Below, one piece after another: positions 1 to 8,124 of a stretch of DNA of 34,372 nt. Both the position numbers and the translations under genes were made by a program. Origin of the DNA: a virus. Its lineage: Duplodnaviria; Caudoviricetes. Location of the stretch: positions 1 through 34,372 of the IMG/VR virus record IMGVR_UViG_3300020043_001358; one strand, 5' to 3'. The stretch's first letter is position 1. Every line of letters starts with the position of its first letter. The notes under the pieces were generated by a model. The model was not told where the DNA came from and ran no database searches. It was given only the letters and a program-made list of their open reading frames with translations.

Positions 1-121
1 TTTTCTGATCCCTTGTTGATGGCATCATGGATGTGCCTCTGATTAGGATGTGGCTTGTAGCCTTTGATTGTACTCATTCATCAAAGTCAAAGTTTTCAAC
101 ATTCCTAGTTTCAACTTGCTG
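1..121. repeat. Terminal direct repeat, identical to 34252..34372 (circular assembly overlap)
   Basis: The first 121 nt match the last 121 nt exactly. TerS and TerL join across the junction with an ATGA overlap. Confidence 0.97.
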
Positions 122-472
122 GCGATCATGCATGCCAAATTTGTTCTTAGCATAGAAGATTCCCTTCCCTTCATTGGCCACAATGTTCTTGCCTAGAGAT
201 ATGAATTCAGAGTCAATATTTTTTATAGTGAGTGATTTGTCAGAGTTTTCTCTCAACCAATCATACCAAGTCCTTCGATGAATTAGCTTCATCCCTAATT
301 TTAAAGGAATCCAAATATTAAGAAAGTAGTCAATAGTTGGTATATGTCTATCAGGGACCTCAACTACTTTACCACTACCAGCGACATGAGGCTTTGTATT
401 ATTCAAACACTCTTGAATATATTCCCATCCAAGGTCCTCCAGCTGATCAATTACTTCTTGAGAATAGGCCAT
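74..472 (-). CDS. terS: Terminase small subunit (putative)
   Basis: 132 aa. After circularisation it lies directly upstream of TerL, and its TGA overlaps the TerL ATG. The C-terminal GIFYAKNKFG segment is TerS-like. Confidence 0.8.
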   Translation of the reverse strand: MAYSQEVIDQLEDLGWEYIQECLNNTKPHVAGSGKVVEVPDRHIPTIDYFLNIWIPLKLGMKLIHRRTWYDWLRENSDKSLTIKNIDSEFISLGKNIVANEGKGIFYAKNKFGMHDRQQVETRNVENFDFDE

Positions 473-476
473 TCTG

Positions 477-495
477 TAATATGTTATTTTGTTCC
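477..495 (-). promoter_or_regulatory. Late-gene motif GGAAC-N7-CATATTA, copy 1
   Basis: Minus strand reads GGAACAAAATAACATATTA, 4 nt before the terS ATG. Confidence 0.65.
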
Positions 496-523
496 ATTTA
501 ATATACTATAGTAATATATTATA

Positions 524-1594
524 TTACTTACAGTACTTAGTATAAAATGTATATGGTACCACCTTCAATTTAACTAGGATCCATATCAGCGGCCTATATG
601 CCTTGAAGTTGTACTTCTCATATTTAGCTCTGTCACCTTTGCGGATGTTTATCAGTGCCTCAACTTTAGGAAGGTAGTCACCGAATTTCTCCATATCAAA
701 CTGAGCTTTGTCATCAAACAATTCTCTAGCTTGTTGCTTTGTCAATCGGCCTGACCTCACTTGTGCAGAAAGATATACAATTCGTTTATCTATTCCAAAC
801 TTATTTGGTAGCAGATAGCTCCCTACAAACTCAGTGTAAACATTCTCACAATGCTTGCCGCCATAGTCTTGCCACTGGATCAGTCGTTTCATTTCAGCCT
901 CCATTGTATCTCTATCGAATCCATAGTGGAATGGTCTCACGTTCTTGATTCCTTTCCAAGCATAAAACAGTTGGTCCTTGAATGTAAATAGTGGATAGTT
1001 GGTCAGCTCTGCCTGAGTATATGCCTTGTACACTGACCTGATGTATTTGGCATCCATGTAGGTCCATGCAGCTGGTGTAGATCCCTCAGTTCTGAAGTCA
1101 TGCCCGTTGAGGATGTACTTGATCTTGTACTTGTGAGCTGTATCATACATCAGTTTTGTCATGGCGATGTCATTGGGGATGTCAGCATCAGGAAGGCCAG
1201 CGTATAGGAATGCTTCATTGAGCTTGTCGTATTCAGCCTTGTTCACCTGGTATGTGATTGCATCTACGTTGAGTTTCTTGATGAGCTGCTGCATATTGTG
1301 TACAGCCTCGGGAGCATTCCAGTTATTGTCGAAGTGAATCACTAGCGGCTTGAGGCCCCAGTAACGTACAGCAGTATAAAGCAGAGTAGAAGAGTCTAGT
1401 CCTCCACTGATTCCCATAATGCAGTCGTACTTGTCACCATATCCATGTTCTCTGATCTTGTTGAGCATGTCATGCAGTCCATCCGGATTGGCTTGTTTCT
1501 GTAGCTCATCATGTAGGTCACAGTAGTTGCATTGCTTATCATTCAAGACTGAGAAGTCAGAAGTGAATAGGCATCTGTTACATTCTTTTTTCAT
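524..1594 (-). CDS. N-acetyl sugar amidotransferase (WbuX/WbpG-like PP-loop ATPase)
   Basis: N-terminal CxxC...CxxC, YDCIMGISGGLDS PP-loop, HFDNNWN and YGGKHCEN motifs. Confidence 0.85.
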   Translation of the reverse strand: MKKECNRCLFTSDFSVLNDKQCNYCDLHDELQKQANPDGLHDMLNKIREHGYGDKYDCIMGISGGLDSSTLLYTAVRYWGLKPLVIHFDNNWNAPEAVHNMQQLIKKLNVDAITYQVNKAEYDKLNEAFLYAGLPDADIPNDIAMTKLMYDTAHKYKIKYILNGHDFRTEGSTPAAWTYMDAKYIRSVYKAYTQAELTNYPLFTFKDQLFYAWKGIKNVRPFHYGFDRDTMEAEMKRLIQWQDYGGKHCENVYTEFVGSYLLPNKFGIDKRIVYLSAQVRSGRLTKQQARELFDDKAQFDMEKFGDYLPKVEALINIRKGDRAKYEKYNFKAYRPLIWILVKLKVVPYTFYTKYCK

Positions 1595-2130
1595 GTTATA
1601 ATTATTTGAAAGTAGCTTTCATTTAGTTTGACTGTGTGTATTTTGTAATCAAGAAAGTCCTCTGGTTTAATGTTGTACCAGATATGTTCAGGATCACAAT
1701 CTTCAGGCTCATCTAGTGGCAAAGATAGCACAAGATATTTACAATGACTTTTGCATTTGTCAATGACCTCGAATGGATTCTCAAGATGTTCTAGTGTCTC
1801 TGCAATGATGATCACATCATATTGGCCCACTGGCTCATCTGTTCTGATATCCAGCAGCTTTGTGTAGTCAGCTTTATCAGATGCTTTTATGATCGCTGTG
1901 CTTGAGAAGTCTGATGCTGTATAGATGCAATCGAATTCATTCTTCAGATATTCAGCTCCTATACCGGTACCACATCCGATCTCAAGGATAGTATTGAACT
2001 TTATGCAGTCAAGTATCTCAGACAGCTGCTCATAGATTATCAGCCTATCCTCTTCAATATTAACACTGGCATAGTATTCATCCCAGAATTCAATGCTGTT
2101 TGTGTTTATTTTACCCTTTACTCTTTGCAT
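1591..2130 (-). CDS. Class I SAM-dependent methyltransferase
   Basis: ILEIGCGTG motif I and YDVIIIAETLEHL motif. Confidence 0.9.
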   Translation of the reverse strand: MQRVKGKINTNSIEFWDEYYASVNIEEDRLIIYEQLSEILDCIKFNTILEIGCGTGIGAEYLKNEFDCIYTASDFSSTAIIKASDKADYTKLLDIRTDEPVGQYDVIIIAETLEHLENPFEVIDKCKSHCKYLVLSLPLDEPEDCDPEHIWYNIKPEDFLDYKIHTVKLNESYFQIIIT

Positions 2131-2837
2131 AGTATCTCTTGTAGCTCATATATCTCAGGGAATGACTTGAGGAATTTCTCTCTATCATCACCATATATCT
2201 TCTCACTCTTGAGCTTGCCTCCCCAGTGATCATCAAATTTATGTTTATTATCCCACTTATCAGTGCTGATTGACAAGAATTTAACATCATCAGAATCAAA
2301 TACTCCCACAGATGCATCAGTGACTATTGCTCTGAGCCACATTGCCCAGTCTAGTCCGCTGTTTAATCTCTTGTCGAATGGCTGCCAGTTTATCCTCTCA
2401 AGGAATCTGTGAGATAAAACTCTGCCTATTCCTATTGGCTCATATGATCTCGGTCCTTTGCCGTATCCAGTCCAGTTGACCAGTCTGATGTCATCAGATA
2501 CATCCACGAAGTGACAGCCTAGCTTTCCCACCATGTCAAACTCTTTCATCTTCTCTTCAGCCTCCTTGATGTAATTGTCAGACACCCAGTCAGAAGAGCC
2601 AACAAATAGCACCCCAGTAGGATTGTATTTCTTGGCTGCTAGGAATCCGCTGTTCCACTTGGCACCTAATGGATCATTAGATTGTTCTATCCACTCACAT
2701 CCTAGCTCAGTGCATAGCTCTTTAGCCTCAGGCTCATGGCCCATGCAGATGACTTTCACACCAGCTTTCTGAAGTCTAGTGATGGTGAATCTTAGTAGTG
2801 GCAATCTGCCAAAGACTGGAATAGGTGCTACAATCAT
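2118..2837 (-). CDS. Glycosyltransferase-like protein (GT-A fold)
   Basis: N-terminal IVAPIPVFGR strand, NDPLGAKWNSG, VLFVGSSDW (DxD-like position) and GLDW. Confidence 0.6.
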   Translation of the reverse strand: MIVAPIPVFGRLPLLRFTITRLQKAGVKVICMGHEPEAKELCTELGCEWIEQSNDPLGAKWNSGFLAAKKYNPTGVLFVGSSDWVSDNYIKEAEEKMKEFDMVGKLGCHFVDVSDDIRLVNWTGYGKGPRSYEPIGIGRVLSHRFLERINWQPFDKRLNSGLDWAMWLRAIVTDASVGVFDSDDVKFLSISTDKWDNKHKFDDHWGGKLKSEKIYGDDREKFLKSFPEIYELQEILCKE

Positions 2838-3187
2838 GATTTCAATGCGTTAAGTAGGTCAGCTTTCTTTGGTGCAGCTCCTAAGTTTAAACCTCTATCT
2901 TTAGCCAGTGCCTTCATATCATTGTAGCTCATGGCATCATAGTTGTATTGCTTTGTTCCAATGAATGTGATCTTGGCTGGCTTAATCTCTGTATTGAGAT
3001 TCTGCTGCACATGACCACATAGGTCACGCATAGCATTGCGAAGGCATGTGCCACATTTCTTGTTGAGCACAGCAGACTTGTTCACCTTATACCATATGCC
3101 TAGTTCTTCTTTCATTGGCTCAGTCAGTGCAAAGGATCTGCTCCTCATGTATCTCTGAACCTGACTCATCAGTTCTTCTGATATCAT
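2834..3187 (-). CDS. Hypothetical protein with CxxC and a C-terminal Rho-N/HeH-like helical motif
   Basis: KKCGTC, and MSYNDMKALAKDRGL...KKADLLNAL. Confidence 0.6.
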   Translation of the reverse strand: MISEELMSQVQRYMRSRSFALTEPMKEELGIWYKVNKSAVLNKKCGTCLRNAMRDLCGHVQQNLNTEIKPAKITFIGTKQYNYDAMSYNDMKALAKDRGLNLGAAPKKADLLNALKS

Positions 3188-3318
3188 GGTTTCATTATTT
3201 TAAGTAGTTTATACTCTAGCTTTGTGCCTTTAATCTTTCTTCTCAGCTCTCTGCTATTATGCAGCTCATGCAGTAGTATTGCACCAATCATGGCAAAATA
3301 CTTGTCATGATCAGTCAT
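3184..3318 (-). CDS. Small hypothetical protein, 44 aa (MTDHDKYFAMIGAILLHEL...)
   Basis: Translated by hand; not in the ORF track. Fills the gap and has an ATGA overlap with 2834..3187. Confidence 0.7.
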   Translation of the reverse strand: MTDHDKYFAMIGAILLHELHNSRELRRKIKGTKLEYKLLKIMKP

Positions 3319-3329
3319 TAGTTTGTCTG

Positions 3330-3542
3330 TTACTTGTTCTCCCATAATTGCAATAGATCAGCTAGTAAGTATGTGATGAATGCGATGCCAACAGTATGCC
3401 AGTCGTACATCAGTAAAAGGATTACTGAAGTCCAGAATGATAGGCAGCTCCAGCAGTTTAATGGCTTGACATCAGGCAGCTCAAAGGTCATGAATGCTCT
3501 CGCTATCCCTAGGCTCGCCAGTATGAATAAAATGTAAATCAT
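3330..3542 (-). CDS. Small membrane protein with CxxC (CWSCLSFW)
   Basis: 70 aa with 2-3 hydrophobic segments; in operon context. Confidence 0.7.
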   Translation of the reverse strand: MIYILFILASLGIARAFMTFELPDVKPLNCWSCLSFWTSVILLLMYDWHTVGIAFITYLLADLLQLWENK

Positions 3543-3978
3543 TTTTAAATTGTTTTATGGCACCATGTATGACTCTGAGAGGCAGATTAGTCTCTGCCTT
3601 GATATCTCTGTAGGTCATGCCGTATAGATGCATCTTGGTTATCTCTTTGCAAAACAGCTCTTGATCATCTTCAGGAGATCTCTCCATGTAGCAATCAAGA
3701 TACTGTTGATATTCTGATATGTCTTCATCTGTTTCTTTTGAGGCAACATCTGACTCGTATGGGATGAGACGTATTGGGGGATTGAATTTCTTGTTGAATT
3801 CACTACCGGGCCATTTCCACTGGTTATAGGCAAACCTTGCGAAGGTCTTTGGTAGATCGGCATCTGAGATATTGTACTGGCTGAGTATGATGAATACATC
3901 TGACACAAGGTCACGGTGTAACTCTGATCCACCAGTGATCTTGAGTGCGATATTGTATGCTTCTCTGTTCCAGAACAC
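3481..3978 (-). CDS. Phage ECF/sigma-70-like factor
   Basis: Region-2-like AYNIALKITGGSELHRDLVSDVFIIL and region-4-like HTH HLYGMTYRDIKAETNLPLRVIHGAI; GTG start. Confidence 0.7.
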   Translation of the reverse strand: MFWNREAYNIALKITGGSELHRDLVSDVFIILSQYNISDADLPKTFARFAYNQWKWPGSEFNKKFNPPIRLIPYESDVASKETDEDISEYQQYLDCYMERSPEDDQELFCKEITKMHLYGMTYRDIKAETNLPLRVIHGAIKQFKNDLHFIHTGEPRDSESIHDL

Positions 3979-3979
3979 A

Positions 3980-4189
3980 TCACGAAGTTATTAAATATTT
4001 GAATACCTCATTCAGAAATTGTTCTGATACTGGCTTGCCATTAGAAAACCGCCACAGCTGTGAGTAATTCAGATCACTATCTTCTGACAGATGAGTGAGC
4101 TTGTAACGAGAAGAAAGCCTCTTGTGAAGCTCTCCTCTCATCCAATCACTTAAGCTGACATCAGAAGGGAAGTCCATCGTCAAAATCAT
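3980..4189 (-). CDS. XRE/Cro-like HTH protein
   Basis: LTHLSEDSDLNYSQLWRFSNGK HTH. The start is more likely ATG 4189 or 4177 than the track's 4273. Confidence 0.65.
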   Translation of the reverse strand: MILTMDFPSDVSLSDWMRGELHKRLSSRYKLTHLSEDSDLNYSQLWRFSNGKPVSEQFLNEVFKYLITS

Positions 4190-4427
4190 TTGTATCAGCT
4201 TTAATCTTATCACTTGTACTCTGTAGCTGTGGTGTCTCAGTTGGTGCCACCCAAGGCTCCTTGATTGCAGCACTGAAATATTTGACTCCCTTGGCTGATT
4301 CTCTAAGCCATAGAGATATTTCCCACTCCTTGTTATCCACTACCATCTTACCTCTGTAGTCAGGTTGATTGTCGGCTGTCTTCTTGTCGTTTTTGAAGAT
4401 TGATCCACTGTTGTTTTTCTTTTCCAT
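4161..4427 (-). CDS. Small SSB-like protein
   Basis: NSGSIFKN...QPDYRG...ISLW and an acidic DDGLPF C-terminus typical of SSB tails. Confidence 0.7.
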   Translation of the reverse strand: MEKKNNSGSIFKNDKKTADNQPDYRGKMVVDNKEWEISLWLRESAKGVKYFSAAIKEPWVAPTETPQLQSTSDKIKADTNDFDDGLPF

Positions 4428-4429
4428 TT

Positions 4430-4552
4430 TTAAAAGTATATAGGTGTATAATTTCTGATTTGTTCAATGGTCATATCAATGATCATTTTGCTTATGTTCA
4501 ATGGTCCTCCAGGACATTGATACTTTACTGGTTTAATATCCATGCATGCCAT
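4430..4552 (-). CDS. Small hypothetical protein, 40 aa (MACMDIKPVKYQCPGG...)
   Basis: Translated by hand; fills the gap between 4427 and 4554. Confidence 0.5.
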   Translation of the reverse strand: MACMDIKPVKYQCPGGPLNISKMIIDMTIEQIRNYTPIYF

Positions 4553-4553
4553 G

Positions 4554-4724
4554 CTAAACTACTTTGATATCAGGACCATGATACTCTTCTGTAGCATCAA
4601 GTTCCTCAATTAGTTCATCGGCTAGAATAACTGATTTTTCCACAAGAGTATTCATTGCTTTACCTTGTGCTGCTATGATCATTGCTGCCAGCAATTCTGT
4701 AGCTATTTGTTCACGTTTTGTCAT
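4554..4724 (-). CDS. Small hypothetical protein, 56 aa (MTKREQIATELLAAM...LADELIEEL)
   Basis: Translated by hand. Resembles the small phage protein pattern MTKRE.FA.....AD.LI.EL. Confidence 0.75.
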   Translation of the reverse strand: MTKREQIATELLAAMIIAAQGKAMNTLVEKSVILADELIEELDATEEYHGPDIKVV

Positions 4725-4742
4725 TTGTTTCTATAGATTAAA

Positions 4743-4925
4743 TTAATTACCAGTACCCATAAATTTTCTCCTGGCTTCCAAGTCCTCAAGGATCTTGTCA
4801 ATTTTTGCAGACACCTCATGATATTCCTCATTCGTCAAAGGTATTAAAGATATTTGTGTAAAGTAAATTCTCCAATACATTGATTCAGACTTAATGTCGT
4901 ATATGTGCTCTTGTATTACCTCCAT
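4743..4925 (-). CDS. Hypothetical protein
   Basis: 60-aa ORF, co-oriented and tightly packed. Confidence 0.6.
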   Translation of the reverse strand: MEVIQEHIYDIKSESMYWRIYFTQISLIPLTNEEYHEVSAKIDKILEDLEARRKFMGTGN

Positions 4926-4942
4926 ATTTTATATTGTTTAAT

Positions 4943-4995
4943 TTATAATAAAGCATAAGCACCACTAAGGCGGATGCCTATGCGGCTGTTATAAG
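4943..4995 (-). repeat. attC-like hairpin C (degenerate)
   Basis: Minus strand: CTTATAAC-AGCC-GCATAGGCA-N13-TGCTTATGC-TTT-ATTATAA. The stop codon of 4989..5243 lies in the TAAC. Confidence 0.55.
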
Positions 4996-5243
4996 CCAGT
5001 GCTAATTGGCTGTATCATTCCACATTTAGCGCATTTCATCCACATACTATCTTGTCTTAAAAAGATATGGTCGCAACGCACCGTACTTATAACAGTAGGT
5101 TGGTGCAATTTACTTAGTTCGTCATTCAATTGAAACAATAGTTTTCTACATCTTGTAACTGTTTTTGAATCTTCACCGTGCATCCAATCCTCACATCCTC
5201 TTAGAAATTCATCTATTTCAATAACCTTTTCTTCGTTTGTCAT
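4989..5243 (-). CDS. Hypothetical chimeric protein with a C-terminal zinc-ribbon-like segment
   Basis: CDH...CAKC follows a KLHQPTVIST linker that is encoded by an attC-like half-site. Confidence 0.7.
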   Translation of the reverse strand: MTNEEKVIEIDEFLRGCEDWMHGEDSKTVTRCRKLLFQLNDELSKLHQPTVISTVRCDHIFLRQDSMWMKCAKCGMIQPISTGL

Positions 5244-5277
5244 AATCTTTCTTTTTAATACGTAAACTTCACCAACC

Positions 5278-5386
5278 TAACAACCATTATAAGAAAGTGT
5301 TGGTCGCTTGCCTCGGTAAAACAATTAACATCCGTTACCCTATGCAGGTGCACCTGCCGAATGATACTGTATGAACCAACACCTTC
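5278..5386 (-). repeat. attC-like hairpin B (truncated)
   Basis: GTGTTGGT 5297-5304 pairs with ACCAACAC 5375-5382. Terminal TAAC/GTTA at 5278-5281. Internal 14-bp palindrome GCAGGTGCACCTGC at 5344-5357. Confidence 0.55.
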
Positions 5387-5387
5387 C

Positions 5388-5481
5388 AATAACAAGGTAT
5401 ATGAGACTATAAGTGATGCGTTCTCCACAAGAACCGTAGAAACAAGTGGGTGCTTACTTCTCATATACCTATCTCGTTATT
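5388..5481 (-). repeat. attC-like hairpin A (complete)
   Basis: Outer AATAAC 5388-5393 / GTTATT 5476-5481, and an inner perfect 12-bp inverted repeat AGGTATATGAGA 5395-5406 / TCTCATATACCT 5459-5470. The exonuclease stop codon is in the TAAC. Confidence 0.7.
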
Positions 5482-6109
5482 TATTATTTAAAACATTAAC
5501 ATACTGCACATAGAATTCAGATGCATGTCTGAGTCTCTCAAGCATTGCCAGTTCAAGATCCATATCTCTCTCATATTTAATGACAGTGATACGTTTGGCT
5601 GGATCAATATGGTCCACTCTGTGAAGTGACATGTTATCCCAAGGAGTAAGCAGTCCAAGGTCATTAGTTGGATCTGTTGATACCATGCAATAGATTAGCT
5701 CGAATGATGGCCTATCGTACAGATACATGTAGGCTCTGCCTTGCCATTCGTAAAGTGACTCATCCCCATCCTCAGCTGTTGCTGGGAATGTTTCAAGTGA
5801 CCATGATGTTTTGATGTCAATGATTAGATCATCCAGTAAGATATCACATTCACCACTCATTGACTCAGTCTCTAGTCTGACATTGTTCTTTTTGTAGCTT
5901 GTGAATCTCACATCATTCAATAGCTTGATGCTGTCTTGCTCTTGCTCTTTGCCCTTGATGATATACTTGTTATTCAGCTCAATATTGTAGCCATAGAAGT
6001 CTTGCTTTGCAATTGACTTGATATAGCTCTTTGCTGTTTCTGATAGGACCTCTGACTTGTTTCTAGGATTTGTCATGATCTTACCGATGCTTGATGGATG
6101 CCATTTCAT
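5477..6109 (-). CDS. PD-(D/E)XK exonuclease (YqaJ/lambda-exo-like)
   Basis: SGECDILLDDLIIDIKTSW and YEWQGRAYM motifs; near ERF. Confidence 0.8.
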   Translation of the reverse strand: MKWHPSSIGKIMTNPRNKSEVLSETAKSYIKSIAKQDFYGYNIELNNKYIIKGKEQEQDSIKLLNDVRFTSYKKNNVRLETESMSGECDILLDDLIIDIKTSWSLETFPATAEDGDESLYEWQGRAYMYLYDRPSFELIYCMVSTDPTNDLGLLTPWDNMSLHRVDHIDPAKRITVIKYERDMDLELAMLERLRHASEFYVQYVNVLNNK

Positions 6110-6312
6110 ATCTCAAATGTTTGATTAAAATAATCTGATGAATCTTTATACTCTTCTGACTTGTACTTGCCATTCATGAAGGCTGTAGTTATCTCAAGCT
6201 CTGATGCTTTGTAAAAGTTTATAAGCCATTGAGTCTTTAGGTAGTCACTTAGATCTGCCCATTCTTCACCTTGCATAAACTCTGCGAGTCTCATTATTGC
6301 CATTGGTTTCAT
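6106..6312 (-). CDS. Hypothetical protein
   Basis: ATGA overlaps at both ends. The C-terminus DYFNQTF resembles the YYNKTF family. Confidence 0.7.
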   Translation of the reverse strand: MKPMAIMRLAEFMQGEEWADLSDYLKTQWLINFYKASELEITTAFMNGKYKSEEYKDSSDYFNQTFEI

Positions 6313-6842
6313 AATCTTGCCTCCTGATCTTTAGTTAGTGAATAGTTTTCTTTCAATTCTGCTACAGTGTATTCCTTCGCTGCAATCTTGATGAGTGCAT
6401 TCTTGAATCTCTCTTCCGGCAATGTAGGTTTCACTACTGGCTTTTCCTCTTCTGTTGCCTTCGCTGCTGCCTTGCCATCATCATCTGTTGCGGCCAACGA
6501 GATCAGGCTAGTTAATGTGTATCTGCGATAATAACTGAAAGCTGATCCAAGCTGCTGGGGATTCTGTAGATCCGGTAGCTTCATCATTGATTCCACATGC
6601 TCACCTGAATCAACATCAATGATCTTGGTATAGACCATTTGATCAATGATAGGCTGCATGATGATTAGTCCATTCTCAAGTAGGATGTGTTCACATGCAT
6701 CTAGTACAGCGTTAAGATCTGCGTATCTTGAATGATGTGACTGAGCATTCTTGTGGACCTTGCCGATTGCCAGCTTTGCGTTATGCAGTTTTCTGTACAT
6801 AGGTACTGGAGCTGCACTCTCCTTTTCTTTAACTGTTGCCAT
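6309..6842 (-). CDS. erf: ERF-family single-strand annealing protein
   Basis: SRYADL, PQQLGSAFSYYRRYTL and DDDG motifs. Confidence 0.9.
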   Translation of the reverse strand: MATVKEKESAAPVPMYRKLHNAKLAIGKVHKNAQSHHSRYADLNAVLDACEHILLENGLIIMQPIIDQMVYTKIIDVDSGEHVESMMKLPDLQNPQQLGSAFSYYRRYTLTSLISLAATDDDGKAAAKATEEEKPVVKPTLPEERFKNALIKIAAKEYTVAELKENYSLTKDQEARL

Positions 6843-6864
6843 AATTTGTGGTATTAAATTTCAA

Positions 6865-6895
6865 CAAATATAATTATTATTTTGAGATAAACAAA
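6865..6895 (-). promoter_or_regulatory. Bacteroidota-type housekeeping promoter upstream of erf
   Basis: Minus strand TTTG (6895-6892), 19-nt spacer, TATATTTG (6872-6865). Confidence 0.7.
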
Positions 6896-7341
6896 TCAAA
6901 CCATTGAATAAAATCATCAAAGTTTTTAACAATGATATAAATGCCTCCAGCTTTCTCTATCATTTCTTGATATCTAATCTGGTCATCTGACTGTCTATCC
7001 TTTTTGTATTTTATCTCTATCTTAACTGATCTCCCATTGATTGTGGCAGATATATCAGCTGATCCCTTGGTGCCCGTTCCTTTGGTCCATTTGCCTGGCA
7101 TCTGTCTTGTTCCCTCACCTACCTTCAGCTTTGCACCTTGCCTCCACATTCCAGTAGTATTGATTCTCTCAGCTTGATATCCGGATAGATTGATGAATGA
7201 TGTCACAGCCTTTGTCAGAGCATTAGCTGATGAGTCTGACCACTTGGTCTTAGCCAGTGCGAATTCAGGCATTGAGGGATATTTCTCTTTGAGATGTGCT
7301 GTCTCAAGATCAATGAGTCTTTGTTTATTCTCCTTGTTCAT
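6877..7341 (-). CDS. VRR-NUC-like PD-(D/E)XK nuclease
   Basis: GSADISATINGRSVKIEIK...QSDDQ...AGGIYIIV. Confidence 0.8.
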   Translation of the reverse strand: MNKENKQRLIDLETAHLKEKYPSMPEFALAKTKWSDSSANALTKAVTSFINLSGYQAERINTTGMWRQGAKLKVGEGTRQMPGKWTKGTGTKGSADISATINGRSVKIEIKYKKDRQSDDQIRYQEMIEKAGGIYIIVKNFDDFIQWFDLFISK

Positions 7342-7528
7342 ATATTCTGTCTAGTGTTAATGTTTTACCTGGTGCCATAGTTGTATCTCTTGCCCAGTCC
7401 TTATGGTTTACAAATGTAAACTTATGCTCCTCAGCTGGCTCTATTGTCTTCTGCTCTGATAGCTTGCTGATGAATAGTGCAAAGATTGCGGACCATACTA
7501 GGATCATTATTGCTGCTGTTTGTTTCAT
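7325..7528 (-). CDS. Small protein with an N-terminal TM/signal segment
   Basis: MKQTAAIMILVWSAIFALFI; its ATG lies within the junction repeat. Confidence 0.65.
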   Translation of the reverse strand: MKQTAAIMILVWSAIFALFISKLSEQKTIEPAEEHKFTFVNHKDWARDTTMAPGKTLTLDRIYEQGE

Positions 7529-7539
7529 CTTATTCTGAT

Positions 7540-7737
7540 TTAAAGGTTAATAGTTTCATATTCAAGATAAGGATATTGAACAGAAAATGTCTGAGTATAA
7601 TCACATTCAGTACACTTATGTGGGAATAGTGCAGGATATGTAGTCAATACCATTCCAGTTGGTCTTAATTTTCCGTAATCACATTTTGGACATATATAAT
7701 CCACTTGTATTGTTTTTACTTCTTTTCTTTTTTCCAT
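7540..7737 (-). CDS. Zinc-ribbon protein
   Basis: CPKC...HKCTEC. Confidence 0.75.
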   Translation of the reverse strand: MEKRKEVKTIQVDYICPKCDYGKLRPTGMVLTTYPALFPHKCTECDYTQTFSVQYPYLEYETINL

Positions 7738-7741
7738 CTTG

Positions 7742-7894
7742 TTACTTAATTATTTTTTTTATTATTGATAAGTAAATTGATAAACAATAATCAATAATAC
7801 TATCCAGCTTTTTTAACATATAACACAAAGCAAAAAATGGATATGTTGGAAGCGCCAAAATATGTTTTCCTATTTTTTTAAATATCTGTTTCAT
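7742..7894 (-). CDS. Small hydrophobic/basic protein, 50 aa (MKQIFKKIGKHILALPTYPFF...)
   Basis: Translated by hand. The ATG is supplied by the junction repeat and the ORF ends 4 nt before the next ATG. Confidence 0.6.
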   Translation of the reverse strand: MKQIFKKIGKHILALPTYPFFALCYMLKKLDSIIDYCLSIYLSIIKKIIK

Positions 7895-7895
7895 C

Positions 7896-8123
7896 TTATT
7901 CTGATTTAAAGGTTTTGTTGTAGTACTGTTCTCCAGTCATAAAATCACCATCTTCATCAATACATTGATTTTCGTTAGCTTCAATTATCTGCTCCTTCTC
8001 CGTTTTTTTATAATCTTCAAGCACATCCATTGCTATGGCAAATGCACGTTTTTCGGCAAAGTTTTCTGTTGAATCTTGAAAATACTTAATCTTTTCAATT
8101 GATTGTTGAATCGCTGTTTTCAT
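7896..8123 (-). CDS. MKxTA...EQII.A...YYNKTFKSE family protein
   Basis: Paralogue of 8125..8367 and 8559..8780. Start revised to the ATG in the repeat. Confidence 0.75.
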   Translation of the reverse strand: MKTAIQQSIEKIKYFQDSTENFAEKRAFAIAMDVLEDYKKTEKEQIIEANENQCIDEDGDFMTGEQYYNKTFKSE

Positions 8124-8124
8124 C

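Noticed and set aside
1-121. 121-bp terminal repeat as a biological terminal repeat
   Set aside because: It cuts through the terS/terL coding junction and looks like an assembler overlap. It shows circularity only.
524-1594. QueC / 7-deazaguanine DNA modification pathway
   Set aside because: The SGGLDS motif is shared, but the length, N-terminal Cys pairs and other motifs fit WbuX-like enzymes. No FolE, QueD, QueE or DpdA was seen.
3639-3983. 114-aa alternative-frame ORF over the sigma-like gene
   Set aside because: It is almost fully nested in a better-supported gene and has no recognisable motif.
3980-4189. Lysogeny module
   Set aside because: There is a single HTH in the early operon, with no integrase, divergent repressor or partition genes recognised.
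5255-5464. 69-aa ORF MRSKHPLV...
   Set aside because: It lies almost entirely within attC-like hairpins A and B and is probably incidental.
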